Assembly: GCA_039818205.1 (NCBI GenBank) | Contig: JBCBUK010000021.1 | Span: 1-50,090, forward strand | Source: Verrucomicrobiota bacterium | GTDB lineage: Bacteria; Verrucomicrobiota; Verrucomicrobiia; Opitutales; Cerasicoccaceae | Reading direction: 5' to 3' | Length of the DNA: 50,090 nt | Shown: piece by piece, positions 16,245 to 25,561 of the stretch | Layout of the letters: each line of letters opens with the position of its first letter | Position numbering within the stretch: the first letter of the stretch is position 1 | The notes under the pieces: generated by a model | Told to the model about the DNA's origin: nothing | Databases searched by the model: none | The model's input: only the letters and a program-made list of their open reading frames with translations | Position numbers and translations under genes: made by a program

Positions 16245-18638
16245 ATGTCGAAAGCCCAAATGGGGTCAGTGAAATCTCGCCGAGCAATTGGCGTAGTCGC
16301 CAATTTACAGCATGCCTACTCGAGAGATGTCATCCGGGGTATTAACCGTTTCATCCAGGAGTCTCAGTCAACATATTTGGTCGATGTGCTTTCGCACACG
16401 AACGTTCTGGCTGGGATCTGCTACTCAAATTATTGTGGATTGATCTCGTCAGCGGATGTTTCATTGCTCAAGGGTTTCCCGATTGAGCTCCCCTTCGTCA
16501 CACTTGATTCTGATCCGGATTCGGCTTCGGGTATTGGATACAAGATCAATAATTCGCGAATCGGCGAAATGGCCGCTGAGCTATTTGACCGAGAAGGCGT
16601 CGTTTCTTATGTGTATTTTGATAGTTTCCATGCGGGCGCGCCTTGGCATATCCGAATAAGTGGTGAGCGGATGGGTGGTTTTCGTTCGGTATATGAAGTG
16701 CGTGCCCAAAAAGGCCCCGCGGCTAGTTTTATGGTCTACGGACCAAGTAGCTATGGCCTCATGGCCGCGTGGTTGAATGAGGTGCCCAAGCCTGCTGGTG
16801 TTTTCTGCTTCAACGATATGGGTGCGACGCGGGTGATCGAGGTTTGTCGACGTTGTGGAATCTCAGTCCCGGGGCAAGTGCTGGTCGCTGGGGTGGACAA
16901 TAATGATTTGCTTTGTTCGTTGAGCAATCCGCCAATCACGAGCATTGATTCAGGGGCGGAGGAGTTGGCCTATCATGCGGTATCCGGTTTGATCGACTAT
17001 TTGGAAGGAAAGGGCTGGCCGAGCAATATTCCAGCGATAGAGCCGAAAACGTATTCGCGTGAATCGACTGGCAGTTGGTCTGCTAACGATAGTCGGGTTG
17101 CTCGGGCGCTAAAATTTATTGAGGCGCAAGAAGGCAGAATTCCTGGACCGAGGGAGGTTGCTATGGCGGTCGGGTGCGGCCTTCGGTCTTTGGAACTTGC
17201 TTTCAATCAAGAGTTGAAAGCCACGGTTCAGGATGTCTTGACTCAGACATGGTTAAAGCAGGCTAAGCGATACTTACGGGAGACCGACTGGAGCATTCAG
17301 ACGATTGCGGCAGAGGTCGGGCGAGATACCAAAAACCTCTATGCCGGGTTTCAGCGGTTTGAGAACATTTCTCCTGGCGGGTATCGTAGCCATTTGCGAA
17401 GCGGGGGAACAATACACATCGGCAATTTGCATTATGAACCACCGAAGGCAGATCTGACAATCGGCTACGTAAGCTCGATATGTGGGCAGGCCGATCGCGA
17501 TATTCTGGCAGGTATCAAACATTTTGTTCGAATCAACAAAGGTGGGCCAAAGGTCCGGGTTTTGCTGCGGGTAGAATCGCTTAACGAGTATATCAATGGG
17601 CTTGATATTAATGTGTTTCTTGAAGGCTATCTGAGCGAGTGCGATGGCCTGATCGTAACCCCGCAGGTTCAGACGCCTGATGCGATCGATCAGAAGGTTC
17701 CAGTCATAACCGTTGACCATACGCGTTCGGACGAAAATGGCTGGTCAGTTTATGTCGACAATATTGGAGTCGGCTCAGCAGCAGCTGAATATTTTTTGCG
17801 GCGAGGCTATCGCAATTTTGCCTATTTGGGATCGTCACCGGAGATACTCCGCCCAGGATTTTTGCTTGAGAGTTCGGCACATGAGTTTCGAAAACGGGGT
17901 TTCGAACATACCCTTTTACGTTATGGTATCGAAGCAATCGCCCACTACAATTACGACGATCAGCAGCTGGAGATGCTCTCGAATTGGATTGCTGGCTTGG
18001 AGAAACCCATCGCGCTTTTTGCGTTCAATGACTACTTTGCTAAAGTGGCGATTGAAGCATGCCTGCGAGCAGGTATTGGTGTCCCGCATGAGGTGGCTAT
18101 TCTTGGAACGGATAATGATGAACTTATCTGCAACGGTTCAAATCCAAGTGTAAGTAGCGTTGAAGTTGGTTTTGGAAGGGGTGGATATGACCTGTCATGT
18201 TTTATGGTAGAGCTTTGCCAAGGGAAAACCAACGGCAGCCTGGGCGCCCCGGTGATTCATGTTGGTGGAGTCGTTGAACGAGACTCGACCAACGCCTATG
18301 GTTTCAACGACTCTGAGTTAGAGAAAGCACTCAGTTTTATTCGAACAAACTTTGCTCAGGAAAAATCGGTAGAGGATGTTGTGGCGGTGACGAAATTATC
18401 GCGACGTAGCATTGAAGAGCGAGCCAAGAAGTATCTAGGATTCACCTTGCTCGATCAGTTGAGGTATCATCGTGTCCAGAAAGCGATCGGGTTGTTGGTT
18501 TCGACTTCCTTGCCGATTAAGGAACTGGCCGAACTATCTGGATTCGAAAATGCTCCTACGCTTTGCCGAGTCTTTAAGCAGAATACGGGTGAATCTCCAG
18601 CCCAATACCGTAAGCGTCGCACGCTTCCCGCAGGCTAA
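16245..18638 (+). CDS. Tandem double XylR-type regulator, [LacI-like sensor + AraC HTH] x2
   Basis: Two sensor modules (PAGVFCFND...VAGVDNN...PPITSID and PIALFAFND...ILGTDND...PSVSSVE), each followed by an AraC domain (ending ISPGGYR and ESPAQYR). Start set at ATG 16245 (uncertain). Confidence 0.85.
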   Translation: MSKAQMGSVKSRRAIGVVANLQHAYSRDVIRGINRFIQESQSTYLVDVLSHTNVLAGICYSNYCGLISSADVSLLKGFPIELPFVTLDSDPDSASGIGYKINNSRIGEMAAELFDREGVVSYVYFDSFHAGAPWHIRISGERMGGFRSVYEVRAQKGPAASFMVYGPSSYGLMAAWLNEVPKPAGVFCFNDMGATRVIEVCRRCGISVPGQVLVAGVDNNDLLCSLSNPPITSIDSGAEELAYHAVSGLIDYLEGKGWPSNIPAIEPKTYSRESTGSWSANDSRVARALKFIEAQEGRIPGPREVAMAVGCGLRSLELAFNQELKATVQDVLTQTWLKQAKRYLRETDWSIQTIAAEVGRDTKNLYAGFQRFENISPGGYRSHLRSGGTIHIGNLHYEPPKADLTIGYVSSICGQADRDILAGIKHFVRINKGGPKVRVLLRVESLNEYINGLDINVFLEGYLSECDGLIVTPQVQTPDAIDQKVPVITVDHTRSDENGWSVYVDNIGVGSAAAEYFLRRGYRNFAYLGSSPEILRPGFLLESSAHEFRKRGFEHTLLRYGIEAIAHYNYDDQQLEMLSNWIAGLEKPIALFAFNDYFAKVAIEACLRAGIGVPHEVAILGTDNDELICNGSNPSVSSVEVGFGRGGYDLSCFMVELCQGKTNGSLGAPVIHVGGVVERDSTNAYGFNDSELEKALSFIRTNFAQEKSVEDVVAVTKLSRRSIEERAKKYLGFTLLDQLRYHRVQKAIGLLVSTSLPIKELAELSGFENAPTLCRVFKQNTGESPAQYRKRRTLPAG

Positions 18639-18643
18639 TCAGA

Positions 18644-18673
18644 AACGAAGCCATCCAGATGGATGGCTTCGTT
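18644..18673. terminator. Intrinsic terminator hairpin between convergent genes
   Basis: Perfect inverted repeat AACGAAGCCATCCA / TGGATGGCTTCGTT. Confidence 0.8.
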
Positions 18674-18723
18674 GAAAAATCTTTTGCGTTTCGACTTCCT
18701 AGGATGGAGCCGAAAGAGGAAGA

Positions 18724-20976
18724 CTACTGAGGATCGATCAAGAATAATTCCGACCAGCCGTTAGTTGCACGATTGGCGCGCATTGGGCTGAGACCGTTCT
18801 CGGAGGAGACATAGGCTTGAGTCGTTCCTGGTTGGCCAGGAACTTGTCCGGTTCCTCTAAAGGCAACGGTTCCATTGCCATTAGCGACGGGTAAGAACTT
18901 CTCCCATGCGCCGAGATTGTCACGATCGCAAGCCATGGTATTGGTGCCTCCGTTATTCGATGAAACATATTTTCCGTTGCTCCCTTTGAGAGCGATCAAG
19001 CCACCGCCAGCGTCGACAATGGTAAATACTTCCCATCCACCAACGGTGTTGCGGTTGCAATTCATGGCGCTTGTCCCGTTCTCGGATGATACATACTTCA
19101 GGTTGCCGATGGCGCGAAGTGAGACTTTTGCTCCGACGGGTAGGTTGAGTGAGCCGGTGTCGCGAATAGCATTGCGCCCAGCGGTCCACCGGGTGCCACC
19201 ATATTCATAGGCTCCAATGTCAGGGGCGCCGATTTCGTTCTGCTCAAATCCGGAGATTGTGCGACCAGCATTGACCAAGGGACTGTTCCACTTCGGCACG
19301 AAGTTTCTCGCCTGAATCGATACGAATTGGTTCTGGGAATTTATCAGGTTGTTCTGCCGGTTGAAACCAGGTTCGGTGATCCAATCAGCTTTGCTTGAGT
19401 AGTTGTTCCAGATCCGGTTGTTTGATTGAGTGTATCCATTGACCCAGGTTCCCATTGCTTGGCCGGGATTCCAGATTGTATTGTGGTAGATGTTGTTGTT
19501 CACGTTCTCCCAGTTCAGCTGGACACCGGACCAATCGACATTCCAAACGACATTGTGGTGGACTAGAAATCCCTTGCTGTTGTTGTCGAGATAGATTCCT
19601 GCGCCTTTCTGTCCAGCATAGGCTGGCGATTGTGTGTCGTGGAACCAGTTGTGATGGATTTCTATGTTTTTTTCATTGGCGTTTCCGACAGTGTAGAATA
19701 GGCCGCCGTCGTCATTGATGATGAGACCGTGCGAGATATCATTGTAGGCGATTTCGCTGTCACTTCCAACGGCGTAGACGACGTCGCGTCCAGCATGCGA
19801 TACGGTGTTGGTCAGGATCGTTGCCTGGGCTGCATTTGCCCGAATGGGTGAGGCGTGGATCCCCTGGGAATTGAAATAGCGAATCGTATTGTTCTCAATG
19901 GTCGTGTTTACGCCACGGCCGCTCCAACCTTGAATCATAATCCCATTGAGTGAGCCGTGTTCGATGGTATTGTTTTTGATCACACAATTCTTGCCGCCGA
20001 CTAGGATGGATGCATCGCCAACGCTGGCACCTTCGTCGACCGCCAGGCGTTCTTTTCCGTGTAAAATCAGATTGCCCAAGACGGAGGCGTTGTCGCCCTG
20101 TAGATAAACCTTACCGCCGAAGATCCGAAGGCCTTGGATGACAACATTGTCGCCGCGTACGTCGATGCACGTTTCACGACGGGTGACTTCGACGCTGTTG
20201 TTGGCCGGGATAGCTCCGTTGGCGGCGCGGAAATAGAGTTTGCTATTGGCTTCGTCGTAGAACCACTCGCGGCCTGAATCGAGGAGGTTGAGTTTGTTGA
20301 AGACGTAGAGCTGTCCACGCGTTCCGTTTCTGAAGATAGTCGGGTTGTGCGGATCGTATGGCCACTGGTTCGTGTTGACTCCGGCGAAGCCGATGCTATT
20401 CGCATTCTGCCAGGTAATTTGACGACTCCAGCTGGTGCCGGCATGTCCCGCAAGGTACCAAAAATACGCACCGACTAGGTTTCCAGGTAGACCGTTGGCG
20501 TCGATTCGCGACGCAGTTCCACCATTGATCTCGTGTGCGTTGATCGTGAATCGATCGTTGTCAGAGTTGTTCGGCCAGCGGGCCAGGTCCATCAACGCTC
20601 CATTGTGGTAGAGTTGGCGGTGCTTTAGTCCGAGGTTGATCGTTGTATTGGCAACGTAGATATTGTTCTGATACCAAGACCAGCCATTGACGGGGTTATT
20701 GGCGCTAATTGTCGCCTGATGCCACGCTTCGGCTTTGAAGGTAAGGTTGTTTTTCGTGATGGTGAGGGTTTCACGGTAGGTCCCAGAGCGGACGATACAG
20801 GTGTCGCCAGCCTGCATTGAGGAGTGGGCTTTGCCGAGGGTGCGGAACGGGCTGGCGGAAGTGCCATTGTTTGAATCGTTGCCGTTACTTGCGACATAGA
20901 CGGTTTTTGCCAGACAGATACTGGCGAGTAGGGGTATGAAGAGGCTTGCAACAAGCAATCGCTTAAGAGGAATCAT
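18724..20976 (-). CDS. Secreted parallel beta-helix protein (DUF1565-type N-terminus) with C-terminal fascin-like beta-trefoil
   Basis: Signal peptide; YVASNGNDSNNGTSASPFRT, GDTCIVRSGTYRE, LARWPN, GIYLDNNS...VHHNVVW, GAPDIGAYE; three YVSSENG...WExF fascin-like repeats. Confidence 0.85.
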   Translation of the reverse strand: MIPLKRLLVASLFIPLLASICLAKTVYVASNGNDSNNGTSASPFRTLGKAHSSMQAGDTCIVRSGTYRETLTITKNNLTFKAEAWHQATISANNPVNGWSWYQNNIYVANTTINLGLKHRQLYHNGALMDLARWPNNSDNDRFTINAHEINGGTASRIDANGLPGNLVGAYFWYLAGHAGTSWSRQITWQNANSIGFAGVNTNQWPYDPHNPTIFRNGTRGQLYVFNKLNLLDSGREWFYDEANSKLYFRAANGAIPANNSVEVTRRETCIDVRGDNVVIQGLRIFGGKVYLQGDNASVLGNLILHGKERLAVDEGASVGDASILVGGKNCVIKNNTIEHGSLNGIMIQGWSGRGVNTTIENNTIRYFNSQGIHASPIRANAAQATILTNTVSHAGRDVVYAVGSDSEIAYNDISHGLIINDDGGLFYTVGNANEKNIEIHHNWFHDTQSPAYAGQKGAGIYLDNNSKGFLVHHNVVWNVDWSGVQLNWENVNNNIYHNTIWNPGQAMGTWVNGYTQSNNRIWNNYSSKADWITEPGFNRQNNLINSQNQFVSIQARNFVPKWNSPLVNAGRTISGFEQNEIGAPDIGAYEYGGTRWTAGRNAIRDTGSLNLPVGAKVSLRAIGNLKYVSSENGTSAMNCNRNTVGGWEVFTIVDAGGGLIALKGSNGKYVSSNNGGTNTMACDRDNLGAWEKFLPVANGNGTVAFRGTGQVPGQPGTTQAYVSSENGLSPMRANRATNGWSELFLIDPQ

Positions 20977-21320
20977 AATACGAGACGTTTTATTTTTTGG
21001 GTTTGATTGGGGAACCCTTCTGTCGTTTTAAACCTGCAGGTGGACGACGTGCTCATAACATTCTCCCCCAAAGTTTATACTTTGGATAAGTAGAGGGTTA
21101 CAGGTCGTCGCCGCCGACGGTTTAGCTAGGATACGGCATCAGGCATTTCATCCACAGTTGCCGGGCAACTTAGACGAAGGGGTATTTGATTAGGAGATTT
21201 GAGGGTTTGGGGAATATCGAGATACGACCGAGGTTTATACCAGATCTCATTTCAGCCTGCAATAGCGCGAGCCGAATAAAAATTTTCATTTTGCGCAGAA
21301 ACGGGTCGGGACGAGATCTT

Positions 21321-22274
21321 TTATGGAAGCTCAGCCGTTAGATCAGGCGATAGATTCGCTTGGGTTTTCCAGGTCTCGTAGGAGCTAGAATCCTGCCTAG
21401 ACCAGTTCCTCGCGGTTTCGAGGATCGCTGATCGTCTAAGGCCTTCGTTATGGATGTTCTCAGCCCAACTCATCGTGTTTTCTGCGTCGATCAATCCGGC
21501 GTGAGCGACGAGATCATAGATTGCAGGATCAAGGGTAGGATCACTCGGAATTTCGTTCAGGTAATTTGCGGCCTGGGTAAAGTCATGCTGCAACCATTCC
21601 CCGAGGACACCCTTGAAATAAGCGGCTCTAGCTCTGGGTGGGAGTGAATCTGGGGGACGTTGCAATAGGATTGATTGCGGATCGGGACTGGCTCCGGCTA
21701 TCTTTCCAAGGTTTAGTGCTCCGCTCTCGATACCGTTGAAGTTGGGGTGAGAGAGCAGCCAAAACCACGCTCCTTGCGGATCCTGTTGGGCATAGGCTTC
21801 TAGGAACTGGCCAACAAGGGGGGTTGCTAGTGTCAGGTTTACGTTGAGTGTATCGAAGGCCTGCATAGCCCGTGGCCAATCGCCCTGTTCTCTATAGTAG
21901 TCGAACAACGCAGTGCCGGCGGCTTCGTAGGCCAAGTAATCACCGCTAAGGTTGGCCAAGTATTGCAGCGCAGACATTTCATCGGCAGTAAGCATCGAAA
22001 ATATTTGATCCTGCATTTGGTCAGCGGATAGATCCGAGCTTAGCTCGAGAATTACCCGATCAGGTAGTCCTTGAGTTGGATTTTTCATCGCCTCCTCAGG
22101 GTCGGACATTGATTGGGTCTGAGAGTGTGACGGCTCGGGCAACTCTTCTCTTTGCTTGGAATCTGATGCCGAGTTAGGGGATGGTTCGTCCGTCAAAAAA
22201 TCACCTGAAAGAGCAACTACGGAAACGATTACGACCAGGGCCAAAAGGGCACCTGCAATGAGGATGGTTTTCAT
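21321..22274 (-). CDS. Membrane-anchored alpha-helical repeat protein (DPxxAxxW type)
   Basis: Start moved to ATG 22274 (MKTILIAGALLALVV, N-terminal TM). Motifs QQDPQGAWFW, WLQHDFTQAANYL, DAENTMSWAE, WSRQDSSSYETW. Paralogous to 39006..39992. Confidence 0.7.
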   Translation of the reverse strand: MKTILIAGALLALVVIVSVVALSGDFLTDEPSPNSASDSKQREELPEPSHSQTQSMSDPEEAMKNPTQGLPDRVILELSSDLSADQMQDQIFSMLTADEMSALQYLANLSGDYLAYEAAGTALFDYYREQGDWPRAMQAFDTLNVNLTLATPLVGQFLEAYAQQDPQGAWFWLLSHPNFNGIESGALNLGKIAGASPDPQSILLQRPPDSLPPRARAAYFKGVLGEWLQHDFTQAANYLNEIPSDPTLDPAIYDLVAHAGLIDAENTMSWAENIHNEGLRRSAILETARNWSRQDSSSYETWKTQANLSPDLTAELP

Positions 22275-22421
22275 ACGGGGTAGGATAAACCGCACCTTGA
22301 GTGCGCTGCGGACGTCTACCCAATAGCATTGAACAGTAATTCGTTGAAAGCAAAAAGAACCTCGATTCTCAAAAGTGAGATCGCTGGGTTCAGTGACGGT
22401 TTGAGTTAGGCGTAAAACAAG

Positions 22422-22455
22422 AAAACGAGGTTGGTTCACCACTGAACCAACCTCG
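22422..22455 (-). terminator. Intrinsic terminator of the GH16-sulfatase transcript
   Basis: 13-bp stem CGAGGTTGGTTCA / TGAACCAACCTCG followed on the minus strand by TTTTCTTGTTTT. Confidence 0.8.
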
Positions 22456-22487
22456 AATAAAATAGGAGCGGAGCTTTTGGGAATACG

Positions 22488-24122
22488 CTACTCAGGCTTT
22501 AAGTCCGGGTAGGTTCCAGGAACCTGTGCGAGCAAGCCAGCGAGTTTGTCCTGCATTTTCTGGAGCTTGACCGCGTATTCAGGGTTGTTTGCCAGGTTGG
22601 TTGTTTCCCGCGGATCACGATTTAGGTCGTAGAGTTGATCTGGGTCGAAGTAGTTGTCTTCAAACGGTGGATTGTTGAGGAGCTGGAAACGCTCCATCGC
22701 ATCGCCGCCGGGCGACATTCCCATGTGGAGATACTTGGCTTCTGGATCAAGCGTCCAGTAGTTCTTGGTCCAAGGATGTCGCTCATAAATTTTTTCCATA
22801 TTAAGGCGATGTTCTTCCATACGGTCTTCCAGTGGGCGGTTGGTGTAGCTCTCAGGAACTCGAAACGCGAGATACTTGAAGCCATCGTTGGTTACAACGG
22901 CGCGGGTTAGGCCAATCTCAAGAAACATCGCGTCCCGCCACTCCACCGGTTCATTCAGTAGCAATGGTTTGAGGCTCATCCCATCCAGATGCATATCTTC
23001 TGGCGGTGTGACTCCGCACCAATCGAATATCGTCGGCGCAATGTCGATGTTCCCGACCAGTTCGGTGCGTTCTCCCGGTTGGACAACGCCGGGTTGGTAA
23101 GCCATCATTGGCACATGAACGCCGCCTTGGTAGCACGAGCCCTTTCCTTGGTCATCGGTATTGTTGTCATTGAAATAGAGGATTAGGGTGTTCTCGGTGA
23201 GGCCTAGTTCATCCAGTTTGTCTTGGACGGCTCCGACAACGTCGTCCAGCCAGGTGGCCGCAATAAGTTTGCCCAAATCGTCCTCTGGGACACCCGCTTC
23301 ACGAGCGCGGCGAAGGACGTCCTCACGTGGTGGCAGTACACCGGTGATCGGTTCGTCGAGCATGCCGAGGGGGGTTAGGCGAGGGTCACCGGTTAGCTCT
23401 TTGGTGGCGCTAGGGACGTGCAAGAGTGTCGTTGGGAAATAGAGGACAAAGGGCTCGTCTTGGTAGCGTTCGATAAACTCGAGCGCGTGCTTGGTTTGCC
23501 ACTCTGGAGCATGCACATTGCACCCGGTCTTGATCAGATTCTTGTCGTCGTCGGGATTGCCTTTGTAGGCAGCGCCAACGTAGTCGAATCCCTTGTCGGC
23601 GATGTCCTTGCAGGTAAGCTCCTGGTTGTAGCGAAGCACCTCTATGACGGCAGGATCCGAAGGGTCAGTTCCCGGCACTTTTTTGAATCGTCCGTATTTA
23701 CTGCTCATGCCTACGTGCCACTTTCCAACCATCCCGGTCTTGTACCCATTGGCCTGCATGACTCGTGGAAAATTCCATTGATCATCCTGAATGCCCATGT
23801 TCCAAAGCACTTTGGTAACACCCTCATCACTAATACTCTTCTTGAAATTTGAGGTGGTGCAGCGGCTTGCATACTGCCCGGTTAGGCAGGAATAACGACT
23901 GGGCGAACAGACGCTGCTAGTCGCATATGCGTTGGAAAAGTAGGCGCCATCGCTGGCGAGCCGGTCGATGTTGGGCGTGTGAGCTTTGCCACGAATGAAC
24001 CCGAATGAATCCATTGGTTGATCATCCGTAAAGAAGACAACGACGTTTGGTTTGCGCGTCTCGGCTGAAGCAACTGCGACTAAACTCACGAGTGCAATAA
24101 GCAATGCGTATAGGTATTTCAT
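22488..24122 (-). CDS. Formylglycine-dependent (S1) sulfatase, secreted
   Basis: Signal peptide; PNVVVFFTDDQ; CSPSRYSCLTG (CxPxR); GYKTGMVGKWH; LYDLNRDPRETTNLA. Confidence 0.95.
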   Translation of the reverse strand: MKYLYALLIALVSLVAVASAETRKPNVVVFFTDDQPMDSFGFIRGKAHTPNIDRLASDGAYFSNAYATSSVCSPSRYSCLTGQYASRCTTSNFKKSISDEGVTKVLWNMGIQDDQWNFPRVMQANGYKTGMVGKWHVGMSSKYGRFKKVPGTDPSDPAVIEVLRYNQELTCKDIADKGFDYVGAAYKGNPDDDKNLIKTGCNVHAPEWQTKHALEFIERYQDEPFVLYFPTTLLHVPSATKELTGDPRLTPLGMLDEPITGVLPPREDVLRRAREAGVPEDDLGKLIAATWLDDVVGAVQDKLDELGLTENTLILYFNDNNTDDQGKGSCYQGGVHVPMMAYQPGVVQPGERTELVGNIDIAPTIFDWCGVTPPEDMHLDGMSLKPLLLNEPVEWRDAMFLEIGLTRAVVTNDGFKYLAFRVPESYTNRPLEDRMEEHRLNMEKIYERHPWTKNYWTLDPEAKYLHMGMSPGGDAMERFQLLNNPPFEDNYFDPDQLYDLNRDPRETTNLANNPEYAVKLQKMQDKLAGLLAQVPGTYPDLKPE

Positions 24123-24173
24123 AGTTCTGATAGATCAAAAAGTTTCGGTTCCGGCCTGCCTCACGTCGTGGGC

Positions 24174-25055
24174 TTACTTGTCGGTGAGCTTCCAGGTGCG
24201 AATCCAGTCATATTTGGTCGTGCGTTGGTCCTTGGTGCCGGCCGCAACCATACCGCCGCCTTCCGGAACTGGGTTCCAATCATAAGTTTCCATTGCCATG
24301 TGTAGGTATGCCGGTAGATCCCAAACGGATTCGGGGTGGATCGAGTAGGCATACTCGCCGTCGAGAAAAAATTGAATTTCTTCGGGTGATTTCCACCAGG
24401 CGCCATAGACAAAATAGCGACTGTGATTCTTTACATCCAAATTCTTCTGGCCCTGAATCTGAATGCGTTTCGGTTCGCTAAAATAGCGCCAATGAATGGT
24501 GTTGGAGTGGAAAATCTGATCCCAGTTGCGGCCCCATTTGTCGGTAAGTTCTGAGGTCTTGCCGACGCATTCCTGGATGTCGAGCTCTTGGGCTTCGCCT
24601 TCACCGCCTTTGGATAAGAGCCAGAAGGTCGAAGACATTTCGGTCGCGTTGGCCTTCATGCGACACTCGTAGTACCAGCCGGGTTGCCCAGCCGCGATCG
24701 AACGAATGATGGCACCATAGTAGGTGAAGGTATCGCCCTTGATGGTCACCGGTTCTTCGAGGACGCCGACCTCGACCCGCATGTTTCCGCCTTCGACGGC
24801 AACATTTTTCGCTTGAAACAGTCCCGGTGGGCGACCGACCCAGTTAAAGCTGTTGCCAACGGGGTCGAGTTGCCACTTTTCGAGGTCGATCTGATCGCCA
24901 TCGAACTCATCGGACATTTTTTCTACGAGTTCCCAAGTCTTTGTCTCTGGGCTTGGATCTTCGCCCTCTGAGAAAGTCGGACCGCTCTGGCCCCACAAGG
25001 TCGCGGTTCCGAGGATAGCCAGTAGTGGAATAATAGTCGGTTTTCTAGAATGCAT
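24174..25055 (-). CDS. GH16 endo-galactanase, beta-porphyranase/agarase-like
   Basis: Start ATG 25055 with signal peptide; MSDEFDG, WVGRPP, MSSTFWL, catalytic ELDIQE, ETYDWNPVP, YDWIRTWKL. Confidence 0.85.
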   Translation of the reverse strand: MHSRKPTIIPLLAILGTATLWGQSGPTFSEGEDPSPETKTWELVEKMSDEFDGDQIDLEKWQLDPVGNSFNWVGRPPGLFQAKNVAVEGGNMRVEVGVLEEPVTIKGDTFTYYGAIIRSIAAGQPGWYYECRMKANATEMSSTFWLLSKGGEGEAQELDIQECVGKTSELTDKWGRNWDQIFHSNTIHWRYFSEPKRIQIQGQKNLDVKNHSRYFVYGAWWKSPEEIQFFLDGEYAYSIHPESVWDLPAYLHMAMETYDWNPVPEGGGMVAAGTKDQRTTKYDWIRTWKLTDK

Positions 25056-25561
25056 ATTTGAGGTAATGTTGGGTATAGAATTGATTCGTTTCGGTGGGGT
25101 CACCTAGCGTGCGTGGAGCGCCGGAAGCGTATCGCCAATATTGGCCAACCTAGTTCGATGATCCAAAGAATACATGATTGTCCGAGTCGCAATCGTCGCG
25201 TCCCACACTTGAGCATCCCGGAAAGTTGTCAGAACCTAGGCGTAGTCAAATAGTTGGGTTCGTGAAAAAATTTTTCCCGTAATGGCTGGAAAGGTGAAGG
25301 GTTGCTAGAGATATGGGCGGTCCGAAAACACATAGATCTCCAATATAGCAAAATTGGGAAAAATTAACCACTAGCCAAAGGATACATGATGAGAATGGTT
25401 CGGGAATTTATCTACCGGTTGCCGCTTGAGCCCGTTCTGTCAGCGGGCCCGGCGTCCAACGCAAGGGATAGAACATTGATCGATTTTGTAATCAATTCCG
25501 GCGATCTATACAAAATTTCAATATTGTGCTCGCCTGCAGAGTTGGCTGTTTTCGATTGGTT

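Noticed and set aside
22275..22442. N-terminal extension of ORF 21321..22442
   Set aside because: It overlaps the sulfatase terminator; ATG 22274 gives a clean N-terminal membrane anchor.
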